From NCBI RefSeq assembly GCF_044704955.1, contig NC_091979.1, positions 110,732,001-110,796,000 of the forward strand: DNA of 64,000 nt, given 5' to 3'. Shown here one piece after another: positions 45,195 through 57,741 of the stretch. The translations under genes and the position numbers were made by a program. The notes below the pieces were generated by a model, which worked only from the letters and a program-made list of their open reading frames with translations, was not told the DNA's origin and did no database searches. Positions within the stretch are counted from its first letter, which is position 1. Each line of letters opens with the position of its first letter. Source of the stretch: Pristiophorus japonicus (taxonomy: Eukaryota).

Positions 45195-47216
45195 TCTTTA
45201 TTAAGATGGAGAGTGACACAGTTAATTCAGAAACTAGGGTCCTGAATTTAAGGAAAGGTAACTTTGACGGTATGAGGCGCGAATTGGCTAGATTCGACTG
45301 GCAAATGATACGTATAGGGTTGACGGTGGATAGGCAATGGCAAACCGTTAAAGATCATATGGATGAACTTCAAGAATTGTACATATGTATAGATATGTAA
45401 AGAGAAAAAGATTAGTAAAGACAAACGTAGGTCCCCTGCAGTCAGAATCAGGGGAAGTCATAACGGGGAACAAAGAAATGGCAGACCAATTGATCAAGTA
45501 CTTTGTGTCCTCCTTATTGAATACCGAACCAAACAACCTTCTGGATATAAAAGGGGTCAGAGGGTCTAGTAAGAAGGAGGAACTGAGGGAAATCCTTATT
45601 AGTCGGGAAATTGTGTTGGGGAAATTGATGGGATTGAAGGCCGATAAATCCCCAGGACCTGATGGTCTGCATCCCAGAGTACTTAAGGAAGTGGCCTTGG
45701 AAATAGCGGATGCATTGACAGTCATTTTCCAACATTCCATAGACTCTGGATCAGTTCCTATGGAGTGGTGGATAGCCAATGTAACCCCACTTTTTAAAAA
45801 AGGAGGGAGAGAGAAAACAGGGAATTATAGACCGGTCAGCTTGATATCGGTAGTGGGTAAAGTGATGGAATCAATTATTAAAGATGTCATAGCAGCGCAT
45901 TTGGAAAGAGGTGACATGATAGGTCCAAGTCAGCATGGATTTGTGAAAGGGAAATCGTGCTTGACAAATCTTCTGGAAATTTTTGGAGGATGTTTCCAGT
46001 AGAGTGGACAAGGGAGAACCAGTTAAAGTGGTGTATTTGGATTTTCAGAAGGCTTTCGACAAGGTCCCACACAAGAGATTAATGTGCAAAGTTAAAGCAC
46101 ATGGGATTGGGGGTAGTGTGCTGATGTGGATTGAGAACTGGCTGTCAGACAGGAAGCAAAGAGTAGGAGTAAATGGGTACTTTTCAGAATGGCAGGCAGT
46201 GACTAGTGGGGTACCGCAAGGTTCTGTGCTGGGGCCCCAGCTGTTTACACTGTACATTAATGATTTAGACGGGGGAATTAAATCTAGTATCTCCAAATTT
46301 GCCAATGACACTAAACTGGGTGGCAGTGTGAGCTGCGAGGAGAATGCTATGAGGCTGCAGAGTGACTTGGATAGGTTAGGTGAGTGGGCAAATACATGGC
46401 AGATGCAGTATAATGTGGATAAATGTGAGGTTATCCACTTTGGGGGCAAAAACACGAAGGCAGAACATTATCTGAATGGCGGCAGATTAGAAAAGGGGAG
46501 GTGCAGCGAGACCTGGGTGTCATGGTTCATTAGTCATTGAAAGTGGGCATGCAGGTACAGCAGGCGGTGAAGAAGGCAAATGGTATGTTGGCCTTCATAG
46601 GTAGAGGATTTGAGTACAGGAGCAGGGAAGTCTTACTGCAGTTGTACAGGGCCTTGGTGAGGCCTCACCTGGAATATTGTGTACAGTTTTGCTCTCCTAA
46701 TCTGAGGAAGGATGTTCTTGCTATTGAGGGAGTGCAGCGAAGGTTCACCAGACTGATTCCAGGGATGGCTGGACTGACATTTGAGGAGAGATTGGATCAA
46801 CTGGGCCTTTATACACTGGAGTTTAGAAGGATGAGAGGGGATCTCATAGAAACATATAAGATTCTGACGGGACTGGACAGGTTAGATGCGGGAAGAATGT
46901 TCCCGATGTTGGGGAAGTCCAGAACCAGGGGACACAGTCTTAGGATAAGGGGTAGGCCATTTAGGACTGAGATGAGGAAAAACTTCTTCACGCAGAGAGT
47001 TGTTAACCTGTGGAATTCCCTGCCGCAGAGAGTTGTTGATGCCAGTTCATTGGATATATTCAAGAGGGAGTTAGATATGGCCCTTACGGCTAAAGGGTTT
47101 GGAGAGAAAGCAGGAAAGGGGTACTGAAGGAATGATCAGCCATGATCTCATTGAATGGTGGTGCAGGCTCTAAGAGCCGAATGGCCTACTCCTGTACCTC
47201 TTTTCTATGTTTCTAT
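45195..47216 (+). mobile_element. 5'-truncated mosaic CR1 (B-A-B)
   Basis: ORFs 45206-45400, 45385-46002, 45983-46540, 46537-47127 and 3' tail. Confidence 0.92.
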
Positions 47217-47483
47217 TAGTTTTGCACAGAGGAAGTACCAGAAATACCTCCCAATTACAATGTATAAGGTGCCTAATGCACCATGGAAACTGCACTAAAT
47301 ATTGAATTTGATAAAGGAAATGGTTCTTTGTGCAACTTGCAGCTAAATCTTTCAATTTTATATTAGAATATCTTGTGTGCATTGTACTGAACAACTCTAA
47401 AAATATATTGTTGTTGCATCAGTGCTAAGTTAATTTTTTTTGCTGTTAATTCATTTTCAAAATAAATAGTAAGGTTTACATAC

Positions 47484-47620
47484 CTAGCTACTGAATACAT
47501 GAAGAGAAAGTCATTGTCTGGCGAGCCAGGAGTCTTCCCATAATCTATGTATTTCTTTTGGGTTGTATTCTTTATGTCCTTCATCACAGACTCCATCTCC
47601 TTGCTCAAGTTCGTTACGGA
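47484..47620 (-). CDS. UBR3: UBR3 internal coding exon (137 nt, phase 0-2)
   Basis: Translates SVTNLSKEMESVMKDIKNTTQKKYIDYGKTPGSPDNDFLFMYSVA(R), near-identical to UBR3; acceptor gcttttcatag, donor AG/gtatgt; in frame with the 62409-62609 exon. Confidence 0.96.
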
Positions 47621-49280
47621 CTATGAAAAGCAAATTCATGCAATAAAAAGATATACGTTTACCGGAAATAGACACAAACGTTTTTTTTTAAATATTGGTA
47701 TGAAGAATTTTTGCACAACTATGAATAATAGTGGAATAAAATATGGCACTCAATTTGGAATGGTTAACTACAATGAAATTAGTGAATAAGCTTCAACTTC
47801 CCAAGTAAATATATCAGGCTGTAATTATTATATTGCTACCATAAAAGTATTGAACACTGCATCTGCAACAGTATGGTTAAAGGAAAAAGTAGTCTCCAAA
47901 TCACAGAGACTAGAATAATGCCAATAGATAAAATTAATTAATTTTTAAATAATTTTTACTGGTTCATTAAATTGGCCTACAACTTGTAATGAATTGCTCA
48001 GATTGTAAAATCTAGACAAAAATAACATGTTAAATAAAAAAATCTTTCTCGTTTTTATTGGATCTACCTATCCTCGATATAAAAATTCTTGCAAATGTTG
48101 TACATCCAATGAGCATGGGAAATGTTTTGCTGTCTGTCGTGAGTCAATGTTCTGATTAGCCCACAAGAAATTTAAGCCAATCAAAAACTTACTCTCACCC
48201 ACACCGACGAAAACATTTTCTTTCAACTATTTTCAGGTGCCATATAACTTCATTTATTCACTCCATACCCCTTCAAATAAAATTTAGAGTAGAATAACAT
48301 GAATTTTAATAATTCTTAAAGATACCAAAAAATACTTACTAGAATAGCTACCCATTATATTTTATCATACATTCATCAACTTCCACCTTTCGTGACCTCC
48401 TTTGCACCATTCTCAGCCTAATCTTGTACTCATTTCTTCGAGCTCCGATTCTTCTCTCAATATTCTCTCCTGCACTTATTCTGTGCCCACAATGTTGCTC
48501 GTATAGTCTCCCTGTGTACACAATTTTTTGCTCCCCTTCTAACTGACTACCACAGAAAAGATGCCAATTTTACAACATTGCACTCCCACAAATCAACTGC
48601 ATCTATTCATCCAAGCTGCTAACTTGTACAATTTTCTACCTGTATATACAATCAACACTCTCAATATCAATGTAACTATTACTGTATAAGAAAACTGACT
48701 TGTATATTTTCCCCATAGACAATAGAAACACTTTCTCTAGTCACTTTACTCGTTCCAGGTCTTCCAAATGATGACTAGTCCAACCTCTTTTTTTATTTCC
48801 ACCAATACAACCACTGCTATAAATTAATGGGCCTGAATTTGCAGTTGGCAGCATAGCTAAGGAGTTTGCCACCGGTATCACAAGGAAATCCTCCTACCTC
48901 GTGCGATCGTGCCTGCGTGAACTTCCTTTCAAATGTTGCAGAGTGCCGCGCACCATACTCCCCCACGGAGCCCAGGAGCACGCAAGTGTGCGTATGCCAA
49001 ACTGGGATCACGTGGTGCGGTGCTTTTACTTCCCGACTCTTAGTCAATTGCCAATACTCCCGAAGTGAAATTCTGGGTAAACTCAACAGGAATACCGGGG
49101 ACCTTTCTTTGTCTCTCCTTTAGAGATAGACATGGCTCCGAAAACAAATTTTACCGTTCTCTCATAACAACAAATGTTTATTACAAAGTTCCTTTTCAAA
49201 CAAAATATTGCAAAACTTTCATTGTGCCAATTTTTGTTATTACAAACTTTTCATAACAATCAGTGCAGACCACTCATTAT

Positions 49281-50155
49281 AATACAAAAGCAAAATACTG
49301 CAGGTGCTGGAATCTGAAATAAAAACAGAGAATGCTGGAAATCTCAGCAGGTCAGGCAGCATCTGTGGAGAGAAAAACAAAGTTTAAGTTTCGGGTCGAC
49401 GACCCTTCGTCAGAACTGCTGAATGTTCGAAAAGAGCACATTCTTAAGCACTGAAAGGGTGAGGGGAAGAACGAACAAAAGGGAAGGTCTATGACAGGGT
49501 CGAAGGCAGGAGAGATTAGAGACACAAAAGAGATGATGGGTCAAATTGAAATGGTAATGCCAAGAGTTAGAAAAATATTCGTCAAGATAGGGTGTATGGC
49601 GGAATAATGAGCAGCTGCCATTGGAGACAAGGAGAAAAAAAGAAACAGGCTCGCGGGGGGGGGGGGGGGGGGGGGGAGAAAGAGTACAGGGGGCAAGAAA
49701 GGGAGCCAAAGATTGGCAGCGGTTATGCTTGAAATTGTTGAACTCTTATGTTGAGTCCAGAAGGCTGTAAAGTGCCTAAACAAAAGATGAGGTGTTGTTC
49801 CTCGAGCTTGCGTTGAGTTTTATTGTCCTCGGTCTCCAACACCGTGCCAGAGAGGTCAGAGTGGGAGTGGAGAATTCAAATGACAGATGACGAGAAGCTC
49901 AGGGTCACATTTGCGGACTGAACGGAGGTACTCTGCAAAGCAGTCGCCCAATCTCCGCTTGGTCTCCCCAATGTAGAGGGGACTACATCATGAGCAGCAA
50001 ATACAATATACGAAATTGAAAGTACAACAAGTAAATCGCTGTTTCACTTGAAAGGAGTATTTGGGGCCCTGGAGAGTGGGAAGGGAGGAGGTAAAAGGAC
50101 TGGTGTTGCATCTCCTGCGCTTGCACGGGAAGGTGCCGTGGGAAGGGGTGGGGGT
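49281..50155 (-). mobile_element. Penelope-like retroelement 3' part: GIY-YIG endonuclease remnant and terminal repeat
   Basis: PCKRRRCNT..FTC..NFVYCICCS*C..LYIGETKRRLGDCFAEY..RKLEEQHLIF..GTLQPSGLN. Confidence 0.88.
49381..49417 (-). ncRNA. Minimal type I hammerhead ribozyme motif, probably degenerate
   Basis: AGUU-CUGACGA-A-GGGUC(GUC)GACCC-GAA-ACUU-A-AACU: both core boxes, helix II and helix I present. Confidence 0.65.
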
Positions 50156-50783
50156 ACTCTGACAGTACGCCATCACATCGATCTCAAATTCAGGGACAAT
50201 ATATTTTAAACTGGTCTTTCATCCTTTTTCCAAAAATACATACATTTACATGAAAACCAACATGGAGCTACTTATTCAGGCCCCTTTTCTACAGCTTCTT
50301 TTGTTTAATCATAACTTCTATAACTTCACAACCACAGCCATCACTGAATGCCATATTTTTAAAAGGAGATTCACATCGGCACTGCCCAAGAGTACAGTGG
50401 AATTTATTTCACAGGCCACTACTTCGCGGTTGTTTGGCAATATGGATCAAATCTTACTTTCCAAATCCATTTTCCATTTGTACTCACATTTATGCCTCTA
50501 TTTCTAATGATCAGTAGGCTTTAGTTTGGTTAGATCAGAATAAAAAAGTGATTTTCTTGATGTTTCATAGGCATTAAATAATATTGCACTTTACTGAGTG
50601 CAACCTAGCTGTAGGCAAAGAATTGAACAGCTCTAGGAATGCCAAATGGAACTGAATTGACCTACCTTGGCTACAAAATTAGTACTGGCAATTTGAATGT
50701 CATTTAAAAAACAATTCTCCTGAACAGCATATTCTGCACAGCATTCCCAGCCAATTTAAAAAGGTCTGGTAGAACTTGCTCTT

Positions 50784-51180
50784 ATGCTTCCCTTGAAATG
50801 CAAGGTGGAGCTTCTGCAAAGCATTGAGACAATATTGAAAACTAGCCAGACAGATCTGGCGAAAAGATTTTAAATCCTGCAGTCCACACTTTCCAACCCG
50901 ATAAAGAACAAGGATAAATCATGAATGACGAGCTGACCAATGAGAACAGACTGATTGCAAACACAAACATGATGCTATAATAACTGCACTGATGTTGCTA
51001 GGTATGTTAATCTACTGGATACAATCCACATAATTGTTACTGCTTACAGAACTTTTTTTAGACATGAACTGCAAACCATTTTTGTAAATGTCAGTATGAA
51101 TGACCAAACATTTGATGAAAACATAGAAGATGACGAGATCCTTCCACCACTAGGAATGACACTGGAAAGTTTAACTTACT
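50784..51180 (+). pseudogene. Ancient pogo/Tigger transposase remnant (CENP-B N-terminal/psq HTH, then a possible C-terminal piece)
   Basis: MLPLKCKVELLQSIETILKTSQTDLAKRF*ILQSTLSNPIKNKDK; downstream NLLDTIHIIVTAY. Confidence 0.6.
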
Positions 51181-51559
51181 GGTGAACCTAGGATATGCTG
51201 AAATTCGCAGCATCATCAGACCTCCAAAATGCAACATATAGTTAAAAGAGCATATCCTTCAAGTCACGTTATAGGAAGTTTACTAAAAATCTACCGTGTA
51301 TTAAAAACAGTGTGGAGTTGCAATATTCCAGTAGCCTTGCACATGAGTTATTCTGACAACGATAAGTTGATGCGTCACAAATAGTTAAGTGGCACCCAAG
51401 CATAGTGTTATGTGATATCAATCAACTTATCGGAAACCTCTTCAAAAATCATGGTGTGATTCTTAAATTTGTTCACTAAGAGGTGCAGCAATCATTTCCA
51501 TCGAGATCATCAGATGTATTGCACTGCACTACCTCCAGAGTACCAAAATCCACGACAAG

Positions 51560-52380
51560 TGCCTTGGACAACGTGGACCATTTTCCACACCTCAGGAGCC
51601 TACTATCAGCAAGAGCAGACATTGACGATGAGGTCCAACACAGCTTTCAGTGAGCCAGCACAGCCTTTGGTTGCCTTGAGGAAGTGTGTTTTTGAAGACC
51701 AGGACCTCAAATCCGGCACCGAGCTCATGGTCTACAGGGCAGTAATGATACCCGCCTTCCGCCATGGCTCAGAGATGTGGACTATATACAGCAGACACCT
51801 CAAATCGCTGGAGAAGTACCACCAGCGCTGCCTCCGCAAGATCCTGCAAATCCATTGGCAGGATAGACACAACAACGTCAGTGTTCTCGATCAGGCCAAC
51901 ATCCCCAGCACTGAAGCATTGACCACGCTCGATCAGCTCCGTTGGGAGGGCCACATCGTCCGCATGCCCGACACGAGACTCCTAAAGCAGGCATTCTACA
52001 CGACAAGCGAGTCCCAGGTGGGCAGAGAAAATGCTTCAAGGACACCCTTAAAGCCTCCTTAACAAAGTGCAACATCCCCACTGACTCCTGGGAATCCCTG
52101 CCCCACGACCGCCCAAAGTGGAGGAAGAGCATCCGGGAGGGCACTGAGCACCTCGGGTCCCATCGCCGAGAACAAGTAGAAACCAAGAATAGACAGCGGA
52201 AGGAGCGTGCGTCAACCCAAGTTCCCCGACCACCCTTTCCTTCAACCACTGTCTGTCTCACCTGTGACAGAGACTGTAGGTCCCTCATTGGACTCCTCAG
52301 TCAGCTGAGAATTCACTTTTAAGAGTGGAAGCAAGTCACCCTGACTCCGAGGGGCTGCCTATGATGATGATAATGATGAT
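51560..52380 (+). mobile_element. RTE-clade LINE 3' fragment
   Basis: MVYRAVMIP, LEKYHQRCLRKILQIHWQD, LRWEGHIVRMPDTRL, CxxC..H zinc finger and (tga)n tail. Confidence 0.9.
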
Positions 52381-52654
52381 TGGAGGAGAGTAAAGGCAAG
52401 TTCACTTGTCAAAGAGGCACAACTAACATTTCCAGTACAAAAAAAACCAAATGGGCTCCTCAGAAAACTTTAATTTCTTTCCCTGCAGGGAACACTAAGT
52501 AAATGATGTTTGTTGATACAGTTCGTGTTCAAAATGTCAGACTTCATGAAAGGGAAGTGAAAAGCTGCCGAAACAATTTTGTCAGCCACAACTCTATGAA
52601 AAATGAAGTGAATAGACTTGCCAAGCAGCAGCTCACAGAATATAGTAGTAAAAT

Positions 52655-53106
52655 AAAGAAAAACTTGCATTTCTATAGCACCTTTCATGACCTCAGGATG
52701 TCCCAAAGTTTTATAGCCAATGAAATACTTTTGAAGTGTGGTCACTGTTGTAATGCAAGAAACGTGGCAGGCAAATTGCACCGCAGCTAACTCCCACAAA
52801 CAGCAATGTCATAATGACCAGATAATCTGTTTTTTGTGATGTTGATTGAGGAATAAATAATGGCTAGGACACTGGGGAGAACTCCCCTGTTCTTCTTTGA
52901 AATAGTGCAATGGGATCTTTTCCGATCACCTGAGAAGAGCAGATGGGGCCTCGGTTTAGCGACTCATCTGAAAGAGGGCACCTCCAACAGTGCAGCACTT
53001 GCTCAGTACTGCACTGGAGTGTCAGCCTAGACTTTTTGTGCTCAAGTCTCTGGAGTGGGACTTGAACCTACAACCTTCTGACTCAGAGGCGAGAGTTCTA
53101 CCCACT
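52655..53106 (-). mobile_element. tRNA-derived SINE; its extreme 5' end lies at 55062-55088
   Basis: B box GGTTCAAGTCC at about 53058-53068; body matches 20140-20580. Confidence 0.82.
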
Positions 53107-55061
53107 CTTCTCTTCTCTTCTTAGGCAGTTCCTCAGAGTCAAGGATGACTTCCTTCCACACTAAAAATGAGTTCAGGTAACTGATGAGTCCAATGCGAGA
53201 CCTACAGTCTCGATCACATGTGGGACAGACAGTGGTTGAAGGGACGGGTGATTGGGGTGCTTGGGTTGTCATGCACGCCTTCCGCTGTCTACGCTTGGCT
53301 TCCGCTTGCTCCCAGCGAAGAGGCTTGGTGTTCAGCGCATTCCCGGATGCTTCTCCTTTAGGCGGTCTTGGATTCCCAGGTGTTGCACTTTTTCAAGGAG
53401 GCTTTGAGGGTGCCCTTGAAGCATTTCCTCTGTCCACCTGGGGCTCGCTTGTCGTGTCAGAGCTCCGCATAGAGCGCTTGTTTTGGGAGTCTCAGATCGG
53501 ACATGCGGACGATGCGTCCCGTCCATCGGAGCTGATCGAGCGTGGTCAATGCTTTGATGCTGGGGATGTTGGCCTGAGCGAGAATACAGACATTGGTGCG
53601 CCTATCCTGCCAATGGATTTGCAGGTTCTGGCGGAGACAGCATTGGTGGTACTTCTCCAGTGCTTTGAGGTGCCTGCTGCACCTGGACCATGTTTCGGAA
53701 GCATATAGGAGGGCGGGTATCACTACTGCTCTGTAGACCATGAGCTTGGTGCCGGGTTTGAGGTCCTGATCTTCAAACACTCTCTGCCTCAGGCTACCGA
53801 ATGCTGCACTGGCACACTGAAGGCAGTGTTGGACTGAGTCATCAACATCTGCCCTTGTTGACAGTAGGCTCCCGAGGTATGGGAAATGGTCCACGTTGTC
53901 CAAGGCTCAATCGTGGGTTTTGATAATCGGGGGGCAGTACTGTGTGGCCGGGGCAGGTTGGTAGAGGACCTTTGTCTTACAGATGTTTAGTGTAAAGCTC
54001 ACGCTCTCGTACACTTTGGTGAAGGTGCTGACGTTGGTTTGGAGTTCGACCTCCGAGTGTGCACAGATGCAAGCGTCGTCTGCATACTGTAATTCATTGA
54101 CAGGATGGGACAACTTTGGATCTGGATTGGAGGCAGTGGAGGTTGAACAGTTTCCGGTTTGTTCTGCAGATTAGCTCCATTCCAGTGGGGAGCTTACTGA
54201 GGGCGAGATGGAGCATTGAAGCAAGGACGATCGAGAAGAGCGTTGGTGCTTGACCCCGGTCCGAACGTGAATTGGATCTGTGGAGGATCCGTTGGTCAGA
54301 GTCATCGTGAAGCAGGTGGAAGATGGTGACAAACCTTTGCAGGCAGCTGAATTTGAGGAGGACATTCCATAATCCCTCACGGTTGAGTGGGCAGAATCCG
54401 CATTGTGACTCTGGGAGGAGCCCTTCAGCCACTGGTAGAAGGCCATTAAGGAGGATTCTTGCGATGACTTTCCCCTGTAACTGACAGCAGGGAAACTCCT
54501 CTGTAATTACCGCAATCGGACTGGTCACCTTTCTTGAAGATGGTCATGATTACGGTGTCTCTAAGATCTCCTGCCATGCTCTCCTTCTTCCAAGTAAGAG
54601 AAATGAGTTCATGTATTCGCACCAATAGTGCTTCTCCGCCACGCTTTAGTGCCTCGGTGTGGATTCCATCTGCTCCTGAGGCCTTGTTGTTCTTCTGTTG
54701 TCGGATGACCTTTTCAACCTCATGCCAGGCTGGATTGTGCTGAGGTGGTGGTGGGTAGCATGCTGCGGGATGGAGTTGAGGATACTCACGTCGAAGACAG
54801 AATCTCGGTTAAGAAAAGATTCGAAGTGCTCCTTCCAGCGGGCACTGGCTGCCTCTCTGTCCTTGATGAGTACCTCTCAGTTCTTGGCCCGCAGCAGGCT
54901 CGGACCTTGGGTGCTTGGGCCGTAGGTGGTCTTGAACGTGGTTGACGGTTAGTTGCTGGATCTCCTCCGCTTTCTCAAGCCCCCATTTGTTCTTTAGGTT
55001 GCAAGTTTTTTGTCGGACCTCGGCCTTCAGACATCTATAAAGCTGCTTTCCTGCTCTCCAA
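53107..55061 (-). mobile_element. 5'-truncated RTE LINE (RT domain) inserted in the SINE head
   Basis: KVIARILLN, PESQCGF, LQYADDA, FPYLGS; 13-bp TSD AGT(T/A)CTACCCACT at 53094-53106 and 55062-55074. Confidence 0.92.
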
Positions 55062-55244
55062 AGTACTACCCACTGAGCCAAGGCTAACAAATGAACAACT
55101 TCTAGCCCATACATGGAAAATCCCGAATGTGTAATGCAATCAAATCACCAATTCCAACGATACACAAAAAGGACTGTGACTTCTGCACCTCAACAGCTGA
55201 TTTGCTCCTCAGCTGCCTCCGAGAAAGAAGCAACTCTCCCACCA

Positions 55245-57365
55245 CAGATAGGTTGAGTAGGTTGAACGTATACTCATTGGGAGTTCAGAAGAATGAGAGG
55301 TGATCTTATTGAAACATATAAGATAATGAGGGGGCTTGACAAGGTGGATGCAGAGAGGATATTTCCACTCATATAGTCTTTACAGTAGAGGACACTAACA
55401 ATATCCCAACAGTGGATAGTCAAGGGGCTATAGCGGGGGGGGGGGGGAGGAACTTAACACAATCACTAAGGAGGTGGTACTCAGTAAGATAATGGGACTA
55501 AAGGCAGATAAATCCCCTGGATCTGATGGCTTGCATCCGAGGGACTTAAGAGAAGTAGTGGCAGGGATAGTGGATGCACTGATTGTAATTTATCAAAATT
55601 CCCTGGGTTCTGGGGAGGTCTCAGCAGATTGGAAAACTGCAAATGTAACGCCCCTATCAAAAAAGGAGGCAGACAAAAAGCAGGAAACTATCGACCAGTT
55701 AGCCTAACAGCTGTGGTTGGGAAATGTTGGAGTCCATTATTAAAGTAGTAGTAGCAGGACATTTGGAAAAGCAAAATTCGGTCAGGCAGAGTCAGCATGG
55801 AGGGGAAGTCATGTTTGACAAATTTGCTGGAATTCTTTGAGGATGTAACGAGCAGGGTGGATAAAGGGGAACCAGTGGATGTGGTGTATTTGGACTTCCA
55901 GAAGGCATTTGACAAGGTGCCACATAAAAGGTTATTGCACAAGATAAAAGTTCACTGGGTTGGGGGTAATATATTAGCATGGATAGAGGATTGGCTGACG
56001 AAAAAAAGACAGAGTTGGGATAAATGGTTCATTCTCGGGTTGGCAATCAGTAATTAGTGGGGTGCCGCAGGGATCAGTGCTGGGACCCCAACTATTTACA
56101 ATCTATATTAATGACTTGGAAGAAGGGACAGAGTGTAACGTAGCCAAGTTTACCGACGATACAAAGATGGGAGGAAAAGCAATGTGTGAGGAGGACACAA
56201 AAAATCTGCAAAAGGACATAGACAGGCTAAGTGAGTGGGCAAAAATTTGGCAGATGGAATACAATGTTGGAAAGTGTGAGGTCATGCACTTTGGCAGAAA
56301 AAAAATCAAAGAGCAAGTTATTATTTAAATGGAGAAAGATTGCAATGTGCTGCAGTGCAGTGGGACCTGGGGGTAGTTGTGCATGAAACACAAAAGGTTA
56401 GTATGCAGGTACAGCAAGTGATCAGGAAGGCCAATGGAAATAAAAGCAGCAATTCTTGCTCCAGTTATACAGGGTATTAGTGAGGCCACACCTGGAATAC
56501 TGCGTGCAGTTTTGGTTTCCATATTTACGAAAGGATACACTTGCTTTGGAGACAGTTCAGAGAAGGTTCACTAGGTTGATTCCGGAGATGAGGGGGTTGA
56601 CCTAGGAGGAAAGATTGAGTAGGTTGGGCCACTATTCATTGGAATTCAGAAGACTGAAAGGTGATCTTATCGAAACGTATAAGATTATGAGAGGACTTGA
56701 CAAGGTGGATACAGAGAGAATGTTTTCACTGATGGAGGAGATTAGAACTAGGGGGCATAATCTTAGAATAAAGGACTGCCTATTTAAAACTGAGCTGAGG
56801 AGAAATTTATTTTCTCAGAGGGTTGTAAATCTGTGGAATTTGCTACCTCAGAGCTGTGGAAGCTGGGACATTGAATAAATTTAAGACACGGATACAGTTT
56901 CTTACCTGATAAGGGAATAAGGGGTTATGGGGAGCGGGCAAGAAAGTGGACCGGAGTCCATGATCGGATCAGCCAAGATACTGTGAAATGGCGGAGCAGG
57001 CTCGAGGGGCCGTATGGCCTACTACTCCTGCTCCTATTTCTTATGTTCTTATTATGTTAAATTAGAACTAGGGCCGATTGTCTCAGAATAAGGGGCCGCC
57101 CATTTAAAACCGAGGTGAGGAGAAATTTCTTCTGAGGGTTATAAATCTATAATTCTCTGGTCCAGAGAGCTGTGGATGGTGGGCCATTTAATATATTTAA
57201 GGTGGAGATGGACAGATTTTTGAGCGATAAAGGAGCAAAGGATTATGGGAAGCAGGCAGGGAAGTGGAGCTGAGTCCATGATCAGATCAGCCATGATCTT
57301 ATTGAATGGCGGAGCAGGCTCAAGGCACCAAATGGCCTACTCCTGCTCCTATTTCTTATGTTCTT
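55245..57365 (+). mobile_element. CR1 3' end (55245-55373 plus about 57060-57365) with a CR1 inserted at about 55374-57055
   Basis: RT motifs and two 3' tails; host resumes at aactagggg. Confidence 0.85.
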
Positions 57366-57741
57366 AAGTTCGCAAGATTTGTCACTGCAAACTACCCTAC
57401 CTCCACTGTGCATAAATGTAGGACTGAGCAATTTTCAGAACTCCTCAAGCATAAAGCACAACAGATGATCATGACGATCTGCCCCCGGACCCCGCCAACT
57501 GTGCAGTGTTCCAATTTGCATCAACAAAAACCAGCCGCTTGGCATGAACTCTAGGCTAAGACAACAAAGTATAAAGCAAAATGCACCCCACCACAAAACT
57601 GACCAAAAATCATTGTCTAGGACCATGAACATCCCCATCACTCCCTGCTGAGCAGTGATTACATTAACATGGTAATCATGCCTCTCCACCCCCTATCAAC
57701 CTTCTCCTTGAATCGATCCATGCTAGTCGCCTCAACTAGTC

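Larger units (their letters stand above)
48829..50197. mobile_element. Harbinger-type MITE interrupted by a Penelope insertion
   Basis: TIRs GGGCCTGAATTTG / CAAATTCAGGGAC (11 of 13) with exact 3-bp flanks AAT / AAT. Confidence 0.7.

Noticed and set aside
47637-47642. RBFOX motif UGCAUG about 16 nt upstream of the 137-nt exon
   Set aside because: A single hexamer is expected by chance; no supporting evidence
49655-49676. G22 run and G-rich tract at 38500-38710 (possible G-quadruplexes)
   Set aside because: Low-complexity expansions inside transposons; homopolymer length is unreliable
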